Shown: piece by piece, positions 49,766 through 60,242 of the stretch
How positions within the stretch are numbered: the first letter of the stretch is position 1
Layout of the letters: each line of letters begins with the position of its first letter
NCBI GenBank assembly: GCA_963706575.1
Contig: CAVPNL010000012.1
Location: 96,001 to 160,000 of the forward strand
From: an uncultured delta proteobacterium
GTDB lineage: Bacteria; Desulfobacterota; Desulfobacteria; Desulfobacterales; JAHEIW01
DNA: 64,000 bases
Direction: 5' to 3'
Translations under genes and position numbers: made by a program
The notes under the pieces: model-generated
What the model saw: the letters and a program-made list of their open reading frames with translations, nothing else
Database searches by the model: none
Told to the model about the DNA's origin: nothing

Positions 49766-50867
49766 ATGAAAGTACTGGCAATTAATTCCAGCCCCCGCAG
49801 TGGTGGTCAGAGCAAAACCGAACTCATGCTTAATCACCTTGCCGAAGGCATGCAGGAAGCCGGTGCCAACGTCGAGGTGGTGAACCTACGTGAGAAAAAA
49901 ATTAAAAATTGCATCGGCTGCTACACATGTTGGACCAAAACCCCAGGCAAATGCGTGCACAAGGACGACATGGCCAAAGAACTATTCCCGAAATGGCTGG
50001 AATCCGACATGCGTGGTCTATGCGACCCCCCTTTATTACCATTTCATTAATCGCGCGATGAGTACCTTTTTAGAGCGCACGCTTCCAGCCATACAGCCTT
50101 TCTTTGAGCGAATCGAAGGAAAAACTTACCACCCCCTGCGCCAAAAGGTTCCCTCGATTGTCTTACTCTCTGTTTGCGGATTTCCCGAGGGATCGGAATT
50201 TGACCCACTCTCAGAATTTGTCAATCGTACGCGCCATAAAGATGTAACGATTGTGGCCGAAATTTATCGGTCCGCTGCTGAGGCTATGACAAGTGCTTTT
50301 TTGCAGGATAAAAGAAACGACATACTGGAAGCAACAAAATTGGCGGGCAAAGAATTGGTACTGACCGGGGCGGTATCGCCTGAAACAATGGCGAAGATCA
50401 GGCAACCTCTGATAGATCCCCAGACCTTTGCAGATATGGGAAATATTTATTGGAAAACGTGCATTGCTGAAGGCGTGACACCAAAAGAATTTAAGGAAAG
50501 AAAAATGGTCCCTCGGCCGGATTCCATTGAGAGCTTCATGCTGCTCCTGCCCTTCGGTCTCAATACAGAAGCAGTCGGCGAACAAAAGATCAATCTGCAG
50601 TTCAACTTTTCCGGTGAAGTAACGGATTCATGTTATTTTATTATTGAAAACGGTCATGTTGAACCCAAAAATGGCATTGCCAAAAGCCCGGACATCACCA
50701 TAGAGACTCCTTTTGATATCTGGATGGATATCATGACCGGCAAAGCTGATGGCCAACAAATGTTTCTGCAGGAAAAATACAGGATACACGGTGACAGTAC
50801 CCTAATAATTCAACTTTTAAAAAAGGACATTGACGAGCACCGATCCTCCAGGAAATTACCGCAATGA
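49766..50867 (+). CDS. Iron-sulfur flavoprotein/FMN-reductase domain fused to an SCP2 domain; frameshift near 50010
   Basis: INSSPR, CIGCYTCW...C, then VVYATPLY in the next frame; C-terminal LQFNFSG...PDITIE...MTGKADG SCP2 motif. Confidence 0.75.
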
Positions 50868-50922
50868 AGGGGTGCGGGTATTATAGCGCTTCCGATAGAT
50901 TTTGGTTTCATTTGAAAACAAC

Positions 50923-51369
50923 CATGAAAAAGATGCTTCACTGTATGGTTAATCGGCCTGGCAAATATTTGGAACCGCTCAACAGACTGTTGCCCGCGAC
51001 GACCGGTTATTGTTTCCAATTGGTGAGGCCTTGTCGACAGTTGCAGCACAAAATAGACTTCAGGGCATTGATTTTTATTTCGGCGACCAGAAGCACCCGG
51101 AAGTACTAAAAGACCTTGGAGAATTTAATACCAATAAAAAAACCAACTCCTTCGCTAAATCAGACAAACAGGCCTGCGAATGGGTGTTTCTGTCTGCGCT
51201 GCTGCAATTGCAGGAACGGGCAAGAAACCTGAATGCAAACGCCGTGATTAACATCAAGAGCAATTATAAGTTCAGCGAGTTTGCTAGCGAAACGGAATTC
51301 GAGTGCGGTGCGGGCCACATAATTGCCGGGGTGGCGCTCAAGGGTAGGCTTGTAAAGCTCGCCGAGTAG
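50923..51369 (+). CDS. Second copy of the 48875 secreted protein; N-terminus frameshifted
   Basis: ARDDRLLFPI...QGIDFYFG...TNKKTN...ACEWVF...GVALKG; long identical DNA tracts shared with the 48958-49317 copy. Confidence 0.7.
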
Positions 51370-51457
51370 TGCTGCACAGAGGATTTTCAACTTTCATTTT
51401 TATAAATAGATGTCCTTAAAGGGCAGCTTTTATACTTGGGATCCTCAACAAGCAGGA

Positions 51458-52044
51458 TCACATACCGTCTTCTATGTATAGCACGGGGCGATCCATTTCA
51501 GGCTTCGACATCCATTTCTGAAAATAGGTTTCTCGCTTTGACTGGATACTGTCAGCATTATCGCGTGCCCACTGATGTGAACTATTCGTGTTTTCGACAA
51601 AACTGCAACTACTACGACCAGTCCATAAATTCTTCCGATTGCAGTTCGTCTTTGTGCATCGGTTTCAGAGAAAACCGCGCTTTCCAGACCCCAACTCTTG
51701 GTGTCACAAGAGCGTAATACTTCTTGCCCGCCTCAACTTCCGCTCCCATGAAGTCCGCGCTCTCGCCGACAACCATGAAAATAAGCTCACCCGGGGCCGT
51801 CTTGTATGCAACTTTTGCCATTGACGATATAATACCGACCAAGACATTTTCCGCTGTGGCAACATCAAACACAGATGATTGAACAGCACCACCAAAGGCC
51901 GATGGCCTCATGAATATAATAACCGCTTCGCTTTCTGAGGGCTCATAAGACAGTTGCCTCTCAGGGCACAGCTTCTATATCTCGATGGCAACAATTGGCA
52001 GTACCAATGCAAAGAATGATAAAAAAAAATTTCAAGACCTTCAT
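51458..52044 (-). pseudogene. Putative lipoprotein split by at least 2 frameshifts
   Basis: Leader MKVLKFFFIILC, core AVIIFMRPSAFGGAVQSS...FMVVGESADFM...TPRVGVWKARF, and tail FVENTNSSHQWARDN...KW..KP, in different frames. Confidence 0.55.
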
Positions 52045-52623
52045 ATTGCCTTCTCATTCTGTTTTAGGCAGGGGTGCGAAAATATTCCACTGCGTATAGG
52101 ACTATTATAGCACAGTCACAAAAAAGTGAGCAGAAAATTACCCGGAGCTGAAACAAAACATCTCAAAAAATACCTAGTGCGAAACCAATACTTTAGAACT
52201 CCGGGTGTTGTGACGATATGTTTGTCCGGTTTTTCCGATCGAAAGTGAGTTCACAACGAAATTCGGCATTTAAATAGGCTAATTATTTTAACTCCAATAA
52301 TTTACTAAAAAGCACGATACATCCCGTCGGTCAGATTTTATGTGCGTCTGTTTCGAACAGCAGAAACAATATCAGGGACAAAACGCAATATTTGACAATT
52401 CGTGCAGTGTTAGGTTAATCTTAGTACTATACTTGGGCTAATTTGGCAATGTTATCAATATGATTTATTACAACTTACTTAACCACTCAATTTTGGGTTG
52501 TCGAAAACCTGATATTTTGGGGAAGCGGACCCATTTAGTTGTAAATAATCAAAATTTAAACAAATATTGTATATCTGGCAGCCCTCTTTTGAAACAAACG
52601 GATCTGGGTTGAGGGGTAGGATT

Positions 52624-53209
52624 ATGTTTTCGACACATCAGTTTTATAATTTCCGTATTTTTATTTATATTAGTTATTTCATCTGGTTGTGGCGGCTCAT
52701 CTCCCAAAATAAACTCGACTTCTAAAGAAAACACCCTACTTCTCCAGAATAATATTCATGCCCAGGCCGGTTCGCGTGATACGAAAGCGAGTTATGCCAA
52801 TTGGACGGATCCTGGCGCCGGTCATATTATCATCCCTGTGAATACTCCAGTGGTATTCGGCGGATACCACAGGGGACTTACAATAAAAAACCTAAATGAT
52901 GGAAGATTCATTTATTTTGAGTATAATAGCAAAAACATGGGTATGAGTGCAGAACAATATATCAGCCTGATTACATCTTCGAAAAAAGTAAACCTGAGCG
53001 AATTATCAGAAACCGATCAAAAAGGGATCAACAGCGGAAAAGCTTTGGTTGGAATGTCAAAAAAGGGCGTTAGAATTGCCCTGGGCTATCCCGCAGCTCA
53101 CCGAACACCGTCTTTAAAAAATAACTCATGGATCTATTGGCGCAATAGATTTAAAACGAAAGTGATCGAATTCGATACGGAAGGCAAAGTAAAAAAGATC
53201 CGATTTTGA
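52624..53209 (+). CDS. Lipoprotein, paralog of 47524; extra T right after the ATG
   Basis: ATG TTT(T) CGA..., leader RHISFIISVFLFILVISSG-C in frame with GMSKKGV.IALGYP..HRTP...WIYWRNRF; ends 12 nt before fabG. Confidence 0.7.
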
Positions 53210-53221
53210 CGGAGGCCAAGG

Positions 53222-53947
53222 ATGGGCAAGCGAATCGCACTGGTAACCGGAGCAAGCAGAGGTATCGGAGCTGCTATTGCCACGGTTCTGGCACAAGATG
53301 GCTTTGATCTCTGGCTTAATTACAGAAGCAACCATGAAGCGGCCGAAAGGGTTAAGAATGAGATCGAGCAAACCAACGCACAGTGCCGGCTGTTGCCTTT
53401 TGATGTTTCTGACTCCGAATCGACGCTGTCCGCATTGGATCCCTTGATTGAGAAAGAAACGCCGTATGTACTTGTAAACAATGCTGGTTTTACCAGGGAC
53501 ATGCTGATGATTTGGATGAATCAAAATGACTGGAAGGATGTTTTGTCCGTCACGTTAGATGGGTTTTTCCACGTAACAAGAGCAGTGATCAAAGGCATGT
53601 TGACAAAACGCAGGGGTCGAATCGTCAACATTGTTTCCACTTCCGGTCAAAGCGGTATGGCCGGTCAGGTGAACTATTCTGCCGCCAAAGCGGGGTTGAT
53701 TGGCGCCACAAAAGCATTGGCCGCTGAGGTTGCAAAACGCAATGTATTGGTAAATGCGGTGTCTCCAGGATTCATTGAGACTGAAATGATAAAAGATATT
53801 CCAAAAGAAAAAGTGTTGCCCATGATCCCCATGCAACGGTTTGGCACCCCCGAAGAAGTCGCTGCAGCTGTCAGATTTTTATGCTCCAATCAAGCATCTT
53901 ATATTACCGGGCAAATTATAGCAGTCAATGGCGGAGTTTACATGTAA
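53222..53947 (+). CDS. fabG: 3-oxoacyl-ACP reductase
   Basis: TGASRGIG, NNAG, YSAAK, VSPGFI. Confidence 0.92.
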   Translation: MGKRIALVTGASRGIGAAIATVLAQDGFDLWLNYRSNHEAAERVKNEIEQTNAQCRLLPFDVSDSESTLSALDPLIEKETPYVLVNNAGFTRDMLMIWMNQNDWKDVLSVTLDGFFHVTRAVIKGMLTKRRGRIVNIVSTSGQSGMAGQVNYSAAKAGLIGATKALAAEVAKRNVLVNAVSPGFIETEMIKDIPKEKVLPMIPMQRFGTPEEVAAAVRFLCSNQASYITGQIIAVNGGVYM

Positions 53948-54070
53948 AATCTGGATAGCCTGTTTTTATGGCATTTTTTAGAGTTGTAATTTTTAATCAA
54001 ATTTATACAAATTTGCCGCTGAAACAGAACAAGTACTGGTCTATCCCCTCATCGTCTTTGGAAAAAATTT

Positions 54071-55288
54071 ATGCACCGAGTAGCAATTACAGGCATCGGT
54101 ATTGTTTCCTGCATCGGAAACAATATCCAAAAAGCTGCAGAATCATTGCGACTGGGCAAATCCGGGATTGCGATCGATGCAGAACGAATAAATATCGGGT
54201 TTCGCAGCCCTCTTACAGGCGTCATACGGGATTTTAAGGCCACCGACTTTTTAACACGTAAACAGCGCAAAACCATGGCAGATTTCACCATCCACGCCTA
54301 TGCCGCTGTAAGGGAGGCGCTGGACATGTCCGGGCTTAGTGATGAAGAAGTGCAAAGTCCGGATACGGGACTAATATTCGGATGTGATTCCAGCTGCATT
54401 GCGGCTGTAGAACAGGTAGAACTGCTGCGCAAGCATGAGGAAACAAAGTACATCGGAAGCGGTCATGTTTTCCGCTCGATGACATCAAATATCACCATGA
54501 ATTTGAACACCATTTTAAAAACAAAAGGCGCCTGTTGGACAATCAGCTCAGCATGTTCCAGTGGGGGGCATGCCGTCGGTCAGGCGGCGGATCTTATCGC
54601 TCTCGGCCGGCAGGATCGAGTCATTTGCGGTGGCGCTCAGGAAATTAATTGGGAATCCATGTGCAGCTTTGATGCACTCGGGGCATTCTCGATGCGAATT
54701 GAAGAACCGGAAGCAGCCTGCCGCCCATTTGACGCTCAACGCGATGGCCTTGTTCCCAGTGGCGGTGCTGCTGCGCTTGTTTTAGAACAATATGACATGG
54801 CCAAACAGAGAGGCGCAAAAATTCTAGGTGAAATCAAAGCGTATGGTTTTTCTTCAGACGGGACCCACATTTCTGTTCCGAGTCATGAAGGCCTCACAAC
54901 CGTTATGCAAAAAACGCTGGGTAGTGCAAACCTACAACCCTCTGAAATAGAATATATTAGCGCCCATGCCACCTCGACTCCTGTTGGCGATTCCATAGAG
55001 GCACAAAGTATCACTGCAGTTTTCGGTGAAAAAACGCCATGGGTCTCCTCGTTGAAGTCCATGGTCGGCCATGAACTCTGGATGGCGGGCGCATCTAGTG
55101 CGGTTTACTCGATAATCATGGCACAGGAAGGATTCATCGCCAAAAACCTGAATTTTCATGAGCCGGATGAAGATTCTAAGAAGCTCAATATTGTAACTGA
55201 AACAATCACCAAAGCACCTGAAACCATTTTATGCAATGCCGCCGGATTTGGTGGCTCAAACGCTTGCGTTATTATAAAGTGTGAATAA
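54071..55288 (+). CDS. Beta-ketoacyl-ACP synthase (type II KS)
   Basis: SSACSSG, AHATST, KSMVGHELWMAG, GFGG. Confidence 0.92.
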   Translation: MHRVAITGIGIVSCIGNNIQKAAESLRLGKSGIAIDAERINIGFRSPLTGVIRDFKATDFLTRKQRKTMADFTIHAYAAVREALDMSGLSDEEVQSPDTGLIFGCDSSCIAAVEQVELLRKHEETKYIGSGHVFRSMTSNITMNLNTILKTKGACWTISSACSSGGHAVGQAADLIALGRQDRVICGGAQEINWESMCSFDALGAFSMRIEEPEAACRPFDAQRDGLVPSGGAAALVLEQYDMAKQRGAKILGEIKAYGFSSDGTHISVPSHEGLTTVMQKTLGSANLQPSEIEYISAHATSTPVGDSIEAQSITAVFGEKTPWVSSLKSMVGHELWMAGASSAVYSIIMAQEGFIAKNLNFHEPDEDSKKLNIVTETITKAPETILCNAAGFGGSNACVIIKCE

Positions 55289-56778
55289 TGAAATATGATT
55301 ACGTTGTAATCGGAGCCGGTGTTTCCGGAATGACAACGGCGATCATCCTCGCAAAAAACGGCTTTGATGTTGCTTTAGTCGAAAAATCTAAAAAAACGGC
55401 ACCATTAATTAGAGGGTTCACTCGCAACGGTATTTATTTTGACACCGGTTTTCACCACACGGGCAGCCTGGGCAAAAATGAAATATTAGATATTTTATTT
55501 CACTATTTAGGTCTGTCCGACAGATTGGAAAAAGAGCCTTACAACCCGGATGGTTTTGACCTTCTTCGTTGCAAGCAATCCGGTTTCGAATTTCGATTTC
55601 CATACGGCTATGAACGTATCCGGGAACGCTTGCTTGAAAAATTTCCCGGCGAAGCAAAAGCCGTTAAAAAATACCTGGTAGAAATCAAGGAGACCTTCGA
55701 TTCCTTTCCCTATATTAAACTCGATCCTGGTCGATTGGAAATAAGCATCCAAAAAAGTGTGCAGGGACCCAGCCTGAAGGAATTTTTAGATCATTCAACA
55801 GACAACCAACAATTAAAATGGGTGCTTTCACTGCACTGTTTGCTGCACGGTGTTCCCCCGGAGGAAGTACCTTTTGCCTATCATGCGTGCGTTGCCGGTT
55901 CATATTACGAATCAGTCCACCGTATCAAAGGGGGCGGAATGTGTCTGGCCAAAGCCTATGACAGCCAGCTAAAAGACCTCGGAGTCGATGTCTATTGCGG
56001 TCAGGCGGCAGTTGAAATTTACATCTCATCAGATCACTCTCCTTCGGGAATCCGCCTAAAAGACGGTACAGAGCTACATTGCCGGGGTTGTGTCTCAACA
56101 ATTCATCCAAGAAGCTTCCTAAACCTTTTACCGGACACCATCTTCCGGCCCGCCTATCGAAAACGCTTGCAGCAACTGGAGGAGACGTGTTCGGCCTTTA
56201 TTCTCTATGCCGGTTGCAGTACCTTGCCGCAATCATTAACCCGCAACAACTTATTACTCACATCCGATTGGGACTTAACCGGGCTCCGACCAAAAGATCC
56301 GTTGGAAAATCGACCTTTATATGTTTGCCAGGCGCATCAACCAAATGGCAAAGCTTCAAACAAGGGACTAATTGCTATCGTACCTGCATCAAGTGCACAA
56401 ACAGATCGTTGGTCGGATTCCATGCCGGGACAACGTCCGCAAGATTATATTCAATTTAAGGAAAGCACCGGCCATAAATTCAAACGACACATTGAGGACT
56501 GCCTACCGGATATCGTTGGGAATATCCAATTTGCGGAGTGTTCGACTCCATTAACGTTAAGAGATTTTGCAAATAACCCGTTTGGCAGTATTTACGGAGT
56601 CAAACATAAGGTCGGTCAATACAATCCCGTACCTGTAACAAAAGTAAAAGGCCTGTATCTGGCCGGCCAGGCCACGGTGGCACCGGGAATCCTGGGCACT
56701 GTCATTTCAGCTTTTCTGGTCGGTGGATTTATCCTGGGGCATGGGCAACTTATAAAGCAACTTCAGAAATATAAATGA
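55288..56778 (+). CDS. Phytoene desaturase-like FAD oxidoreductase
   Basis: VIGAGVSG, FDTGFH, STPLT, GSIYG, LYLAGQ. Confidence 0.88.
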   Translation: MKYDYVVIGAGVSGMTTAIILAKNGFDVALVEKSKKTAPLIRGFTRNGIYFDTGFHHTGSLGKNEILDILFHYLGLSDRLEKEPYNPDGFDLLRCKQSGFEFRFPYGYERIRERLLEKFPGEAKAVKKYLVEIKETFDSFPYIKLDPGRLEISIQKSVQGPSLKEFLDHSTDNQQLKWVLSLHCLLHGVPPEEVPFAYHACVAGSYYESVHRIKGGGMCLAKAYDSQLKDLGVDVYCGQAAVEIYISSDHSPSGIRLKDGTELHCRGCVSTIHPRSFLNLLPDTIFRPAYRKRLQQLEETCSAFILYAGCSTLPQSLTRNNLLLTSDWDLTGLRPKDPLENRPLYVCQAHQPNGKASNKGLIAIVPASSAQTDRWSDSMPGQRPQDYIQFKESTGHKFKRHIEDCLPDIVGNIQFAECSTPLTLRDFANNPFGSIYGVKHKVGQYNPVPVTKVKGLYLAGQATVAPGILGTVISAFLVGGFILGHGQLIKQLQKYK

Positions 56779-58004
56779 GACGAGTCGTCATAACAGGGAT
56801 GGGCGCCGTTTCGCCCTATGGTAAAGGTGTGGATACCTTTATCGAGTCTTTAATCGAAGGCAAAAGTGCGATAACTTCTGTAGCAAATTTGGCTGATATC
56901 AAGGGGCTCAGAAGCTGGGTGGCCGGTTTGGTCGATGGCATTGATCCAAATGAAATCCCCCGAAAATATCGGCGTTCGATGTCCAGCATGTCGATCTACG
57001 CGACACTGGCCTGCCGGGAGGCTCTGGATCAGGCTCGCTTGAATGCCGAACAATGCACCGGCGGCCAGATGGGGGTGGCTATTGGGTCAACAATCGGCAG
57101 TACCCAGACAACCCAGGAATTTTTTAATAACCTTCTGTCCACCGGGGGTCTCGAACAGATGAAATCCACGGTTTTTTTTAAAATCATGAGTCACTCGTGT
57201 GCCGCCAATGTATCGCAGATACTGGGCATAACCGGCAGGACCCTCTCGCCTTCGGCGGCCTGCTCAACCAGTTGCCAGGCGATTGGTTATGGATATGAAA
57301 TGATCGCTTTCGGGAAACAGGACTTTATGCTTTGCGGGGGAACCGACGAGTACCATCCGCTGTTTACGGGAACATTTGACATCTTGAATGCTGCCTCGGT
57401 TAAGTTCAATGATCAACCTTCTCGAACGCCACGCCCCTTTGATCGCGACCGGGACGGGGTGGTTTGTTCCGAGGGCAGCGGTATTCTGCTACTGGAATCT
57501 CTGGATTCGGCCGAGAAACGGGGAGCGAATATTCTTTGCGAAATCATCGGATTTGCAACTGTTTCGGATCCGTCCAATATCGCCAATCCGGATATGGCCT
57601 CCATCAAAAGATGTATGCAACTTGCATTGAACGATGCAAGCATTAAACCGGAGGAAATCGACTATGTCAATGCACATGCCACATCCACTAAACAGGGTGA
57701 TATTGTAGAAGGCGAGGCTATTTCGGAATTATTCGGAGATGATACGCCGGTAAGTTCTTTTAAAGGACATCTGGGCCATACAATGGCTGCCAGCGGAGCA
57801 CTGGAGTCAATTGCATTGGTAGAAATGATCAACCGCGGTTGTCTGATCCCCACCTTGAATCTGGAAAATATAGATGACGCCTGCGGCAATATTCGGCATA
57901 TCTGTGAGCTGGAAATAACACGCATTAAGACCGCGATCAAAAATAATTTTGCACTGGGCGGCATCAATTCATCATTGGTAATACGGAGATATAAAGATGA
58001 CTGA
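56775..58004 (+). CDS. Beta-ketoacyl-ACP synthase (FabF-like KS)
   Basis: SAACSTS, NAHATST, KGHLGHT, NFALGG. Confidence 0.92.
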   Translation: MRRVVITGMGAVSPYGKGVDTFIESLIEGKSAITSVANLADIKGLRSWVAGLVDGIDPNEIPRKYRRSMSSMSIYATLACREALDQARLNAEQCTGGQMGVAIGSTIGSTQTTQEFFNNLLSTGGLEQMKSTVFFKIMSHSCAANVSQILGITGRTLSPSAACSTSCQAIGYGYEMIAFGKQDFMLCGGTDEYHPLFTGTFDILNAASVKFNDQPSRTPRPFDRDRDGVVCSEGSGILLLESLDSAEKRGANILCEIIGFATVSDPSNIANPDMASIKRCMQLALNDASIKPEEIDYVNAHATSTKQGDIVEGEAISELFGDDTPVSSFKGHLGHTMAASGALESIALVEMINRGCLIPTLNLENIDDACGNIRHICELEITRIKTAIKNNFALGGINSSLVIRRYKDD

Positions 58005-58263
58005 CCAGCAGATCATCGATTTAATAAATACATCTCTCGAGGAAGAATTCGAGTTGGAAGAAGAAGATATGAAACCAGATGCTTCCCTTTTTGATGATCT
58101 GGAACTGGACAGCCTGGACATCGTGGATCTGGTGGTCGTTTTGGAGAGGGCCTTTCAGTTTAAAATCCGGGAAGAAGATTCCATCCAGGAGATTCGAACC
58201 CTTGGGGATATTCATCGATTCGTAATCAACAAAAAAAGGGGCTTAACAAGCGATAAGACATGA
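57997..58263 (+). CDS. Acyl carrier protein
   Basis: DLELDSLD phosphopantetheine site; acidic, 88 aa. Confidence 0.92.
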   Translation: MTDQQIIDLINTSLEEEFELEEEDMKPDASLFDDLELDSLDIVDLVVVLERAFQFKIREEDSIQEIRTLGDIHRFVINKKRGLTSDKT

Positions 58264-59144
58264 CATGGCCTCAATCAATTCGTACAATGCGGCCGGTGAA
58301 CTTTCTGCTTATTCCTTTAATGAACCTAACCGCTCTGCCGTTAATGCTGTTGTGGACGGCGGTAGGTATTTTTCTTTTTCCTGCGCTTTTTTTCATTTTG
58401 AAAGCCGCCACCCGCTGGAACGCTGAGCAGATAACGCGTCGGTTAATCTGGGTTTACGGCCGTGGGTGGCTCGCTATTATGCTGCCATTTATCCGATCTG
58501 AGCTGATCGGAATAAAACAGGATAAGATAAAACCACCCTGTATTTATGTGGCAAATCACCTCTCTTTTTTTGATATCTACTGTCTGGCTGTCCTTCCCTC
58601 TTTCAATATCAGTATTGCCATTCGGAACTGGCCCTTTAAAATGTACTGGTACGCGCCGTTCATGCATATGGCCGGGTACATCAATGTCGAAAATAAAAAG
58701 TGGGAAGAAATCTTTGAATCCGCTGCTCACATATTATCAAACGGAGGGGCACTCCTGTTCTTCCCCGAAGGTCACCGCAGCCGTAGCGGAGAATTGCAAC
58801 GGTTTTATTCCGGCGCTTTTAAGCTGGCGGTCGAAACGGGTGCCAAAATTGTGCCGCTCTGTATTAAGGGAACCAACGAAGTTTTGCCGCCCGGCCGTTG
58901 GTGGCTTAGCCCCGCCAAGGTCACTATAAAAGCACTCGAGCCTGTAGATCCCAAATCCCTTGCGGATTCCTCTTCTCATCGTTTGATCCGAAAAACAGTT
59001 AAAAACATGATGAGACAGAGCTTGGCGGAAATGACTTTAGAACTCCGCTGGCAACACCGATATCGCCGGATCGGAATGCAGCTTATAAATCCAAAAATTC
59101 GTCCAACAAACGGCCATTCAAGCTTAATGCATAAATTAAGGTAG
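58260..59144 (+). CDS. Lysophospholipid acyltransferase
   Basis: ANHLSFFD, FFPEGHRS; N-terminal TM. Confidence 0.88.
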   Translation: MTWPQSIRTMRPVNFLLIPLMNLTALPLMLLWTAVGIFLFPALFFILKAATRWNAEQITRRLIWVYGRGWLAIMLPFIRSELIGIKQDKIKPPCIYVANHLSFFDIYCLAVLPSFNISIAIRNWPFKMYWYAPFMHMAGYINVENKKWEEIFESAAHILSNGGALLFFPEGHRSRSGELQRFYSGAFKLAVETGAKIVPLCIKGTNEVLPPGRWWLSPAKVTIKALEPVDPKSLADSSSHRLIRKTVKNMMRQSLAEMTLELRWQHRYRRIGMQLINPKIRPTNGHSSLMHKLR

Positions 59145-59151
59145 TCTTAAG

Positions 59152-59611
59152 ATGGAAACACGAACCGACATTGCCTTCACCTGCAGAAGCCCTCATCCCA
59201 CATCGAAAACCCCTGTGCATGATCGACCGGTTGATCGACGTTAAAGATCGTGGCGGAACGGCCGAGGCTGAAGTCACATCTGATAATGTCATGGTGGATG
59301 AGGCTGGACAGCTTGATCCTTTTGCGACAGCGGAAATGATTGCCCAAACATATGCAGCGGTAAAAGGATATGATGTTCGTCTTTCCGGCAAGCCGGTAAA
59401 ACAGGGATTTCTGGTGGGCATACGGAAAATTCAGTTTTTGAAATTGGCATTTGTCGGTGATGTTTTACAAATTAACGTCGATACGGTAGGCGCTATTTCT
59501 GGATTTGCAGTGGTTAAGGGTCAGGTTACTCGTAATCAGGAAGTCATCGCCGAAGGGGAAATAAAATTGTGGATTCAATCTAAAAATCTAATGGAACCCG
59601 GAAGTAAATGA
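59152..59611 (+). CDS. Hot-dog-fold dehydratase-like protein (ApeP/FabZ-like); ATG at 59152 is out of frame by one base
   Basis: LIPHRKPL, EMIAQ, GFLVG. Confidence 0.8.
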
Positions 59612-60240
59612 ATTTTGTAATTATTATAGCTCTCATTTTGTCTTTACCCGCTTTTGTTCTGAGTCAAACAAGGTCTGAAAATTCGGATAACCGCAACAGG
59701 ATTTTTTCGGAAATTGCCAGCTCGGCATCTCAGGTCGAGACATTTTCATGTGATTTTTTACAGGAAAAATACATGAGCATTTTGGATAATGTCCTTATAT
59801 CAAAAGGCCGGCTTTATTATAAGCGCAATAACCGACTGCGGTGGGAAATAAACCATCCGGCAACTTCAGGATTTGCCGTAAACGGTGATCAGGCGAAACG
59901 ATGGGAAGGCGATTCCGGGCGAACACAGACATTTAAAGTCAACCAGGTCCCGTTTATCAAAGTTTTTACAGACCAGGTATTTTCATGGGCCAGCGCTGAT
60001 TTCAAGCGGTTGAAGAAACGCTATCATATTAAGGTGCTAAGTGACAAACCGATACAGCTGATGCTATTGCCGATTTCCCCACAGGAAAAAAAATATCTGG
60101 ACAACTTTCGAATTTCCTTCACTGCCGACGCCAGTTATGTCAGTGCGGTTGAAGTACATGAGCCGGACGGCGATTTCACCCGAATTCATTTTTTGAATAC
60201 CGTAATTAACCACCCCTTGCCTGACAGTCTGTTTAATTGA
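59608..60240 (+). CDS. LolA-like lipoprotein/lipid carrier
   Basis: Signal peptide; F.QEK, SKGRLYY, LRWE, EPDGDFTRI.F. Confidence 0.85.
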   Translation: MNFVIIIALILSLPAFVLSQTRSENSDNRNRIFSEIASSASQVETFSCDFLQEKYMSILDNVLISKGRLYYKRNNRLRWEINHPATSGFAVNGDQAKRWEGDSGRTQTFKVNQVPFIKVFTDQVFSWASADFKRLKKRYHIKVLSDKPIQLMLLPISPQEKKYLDNFRISFTADASYVSAVEVHEPDGDFTRIHFLNTVINHPLPDSLFN

Positions 60241-60242
60241 TC

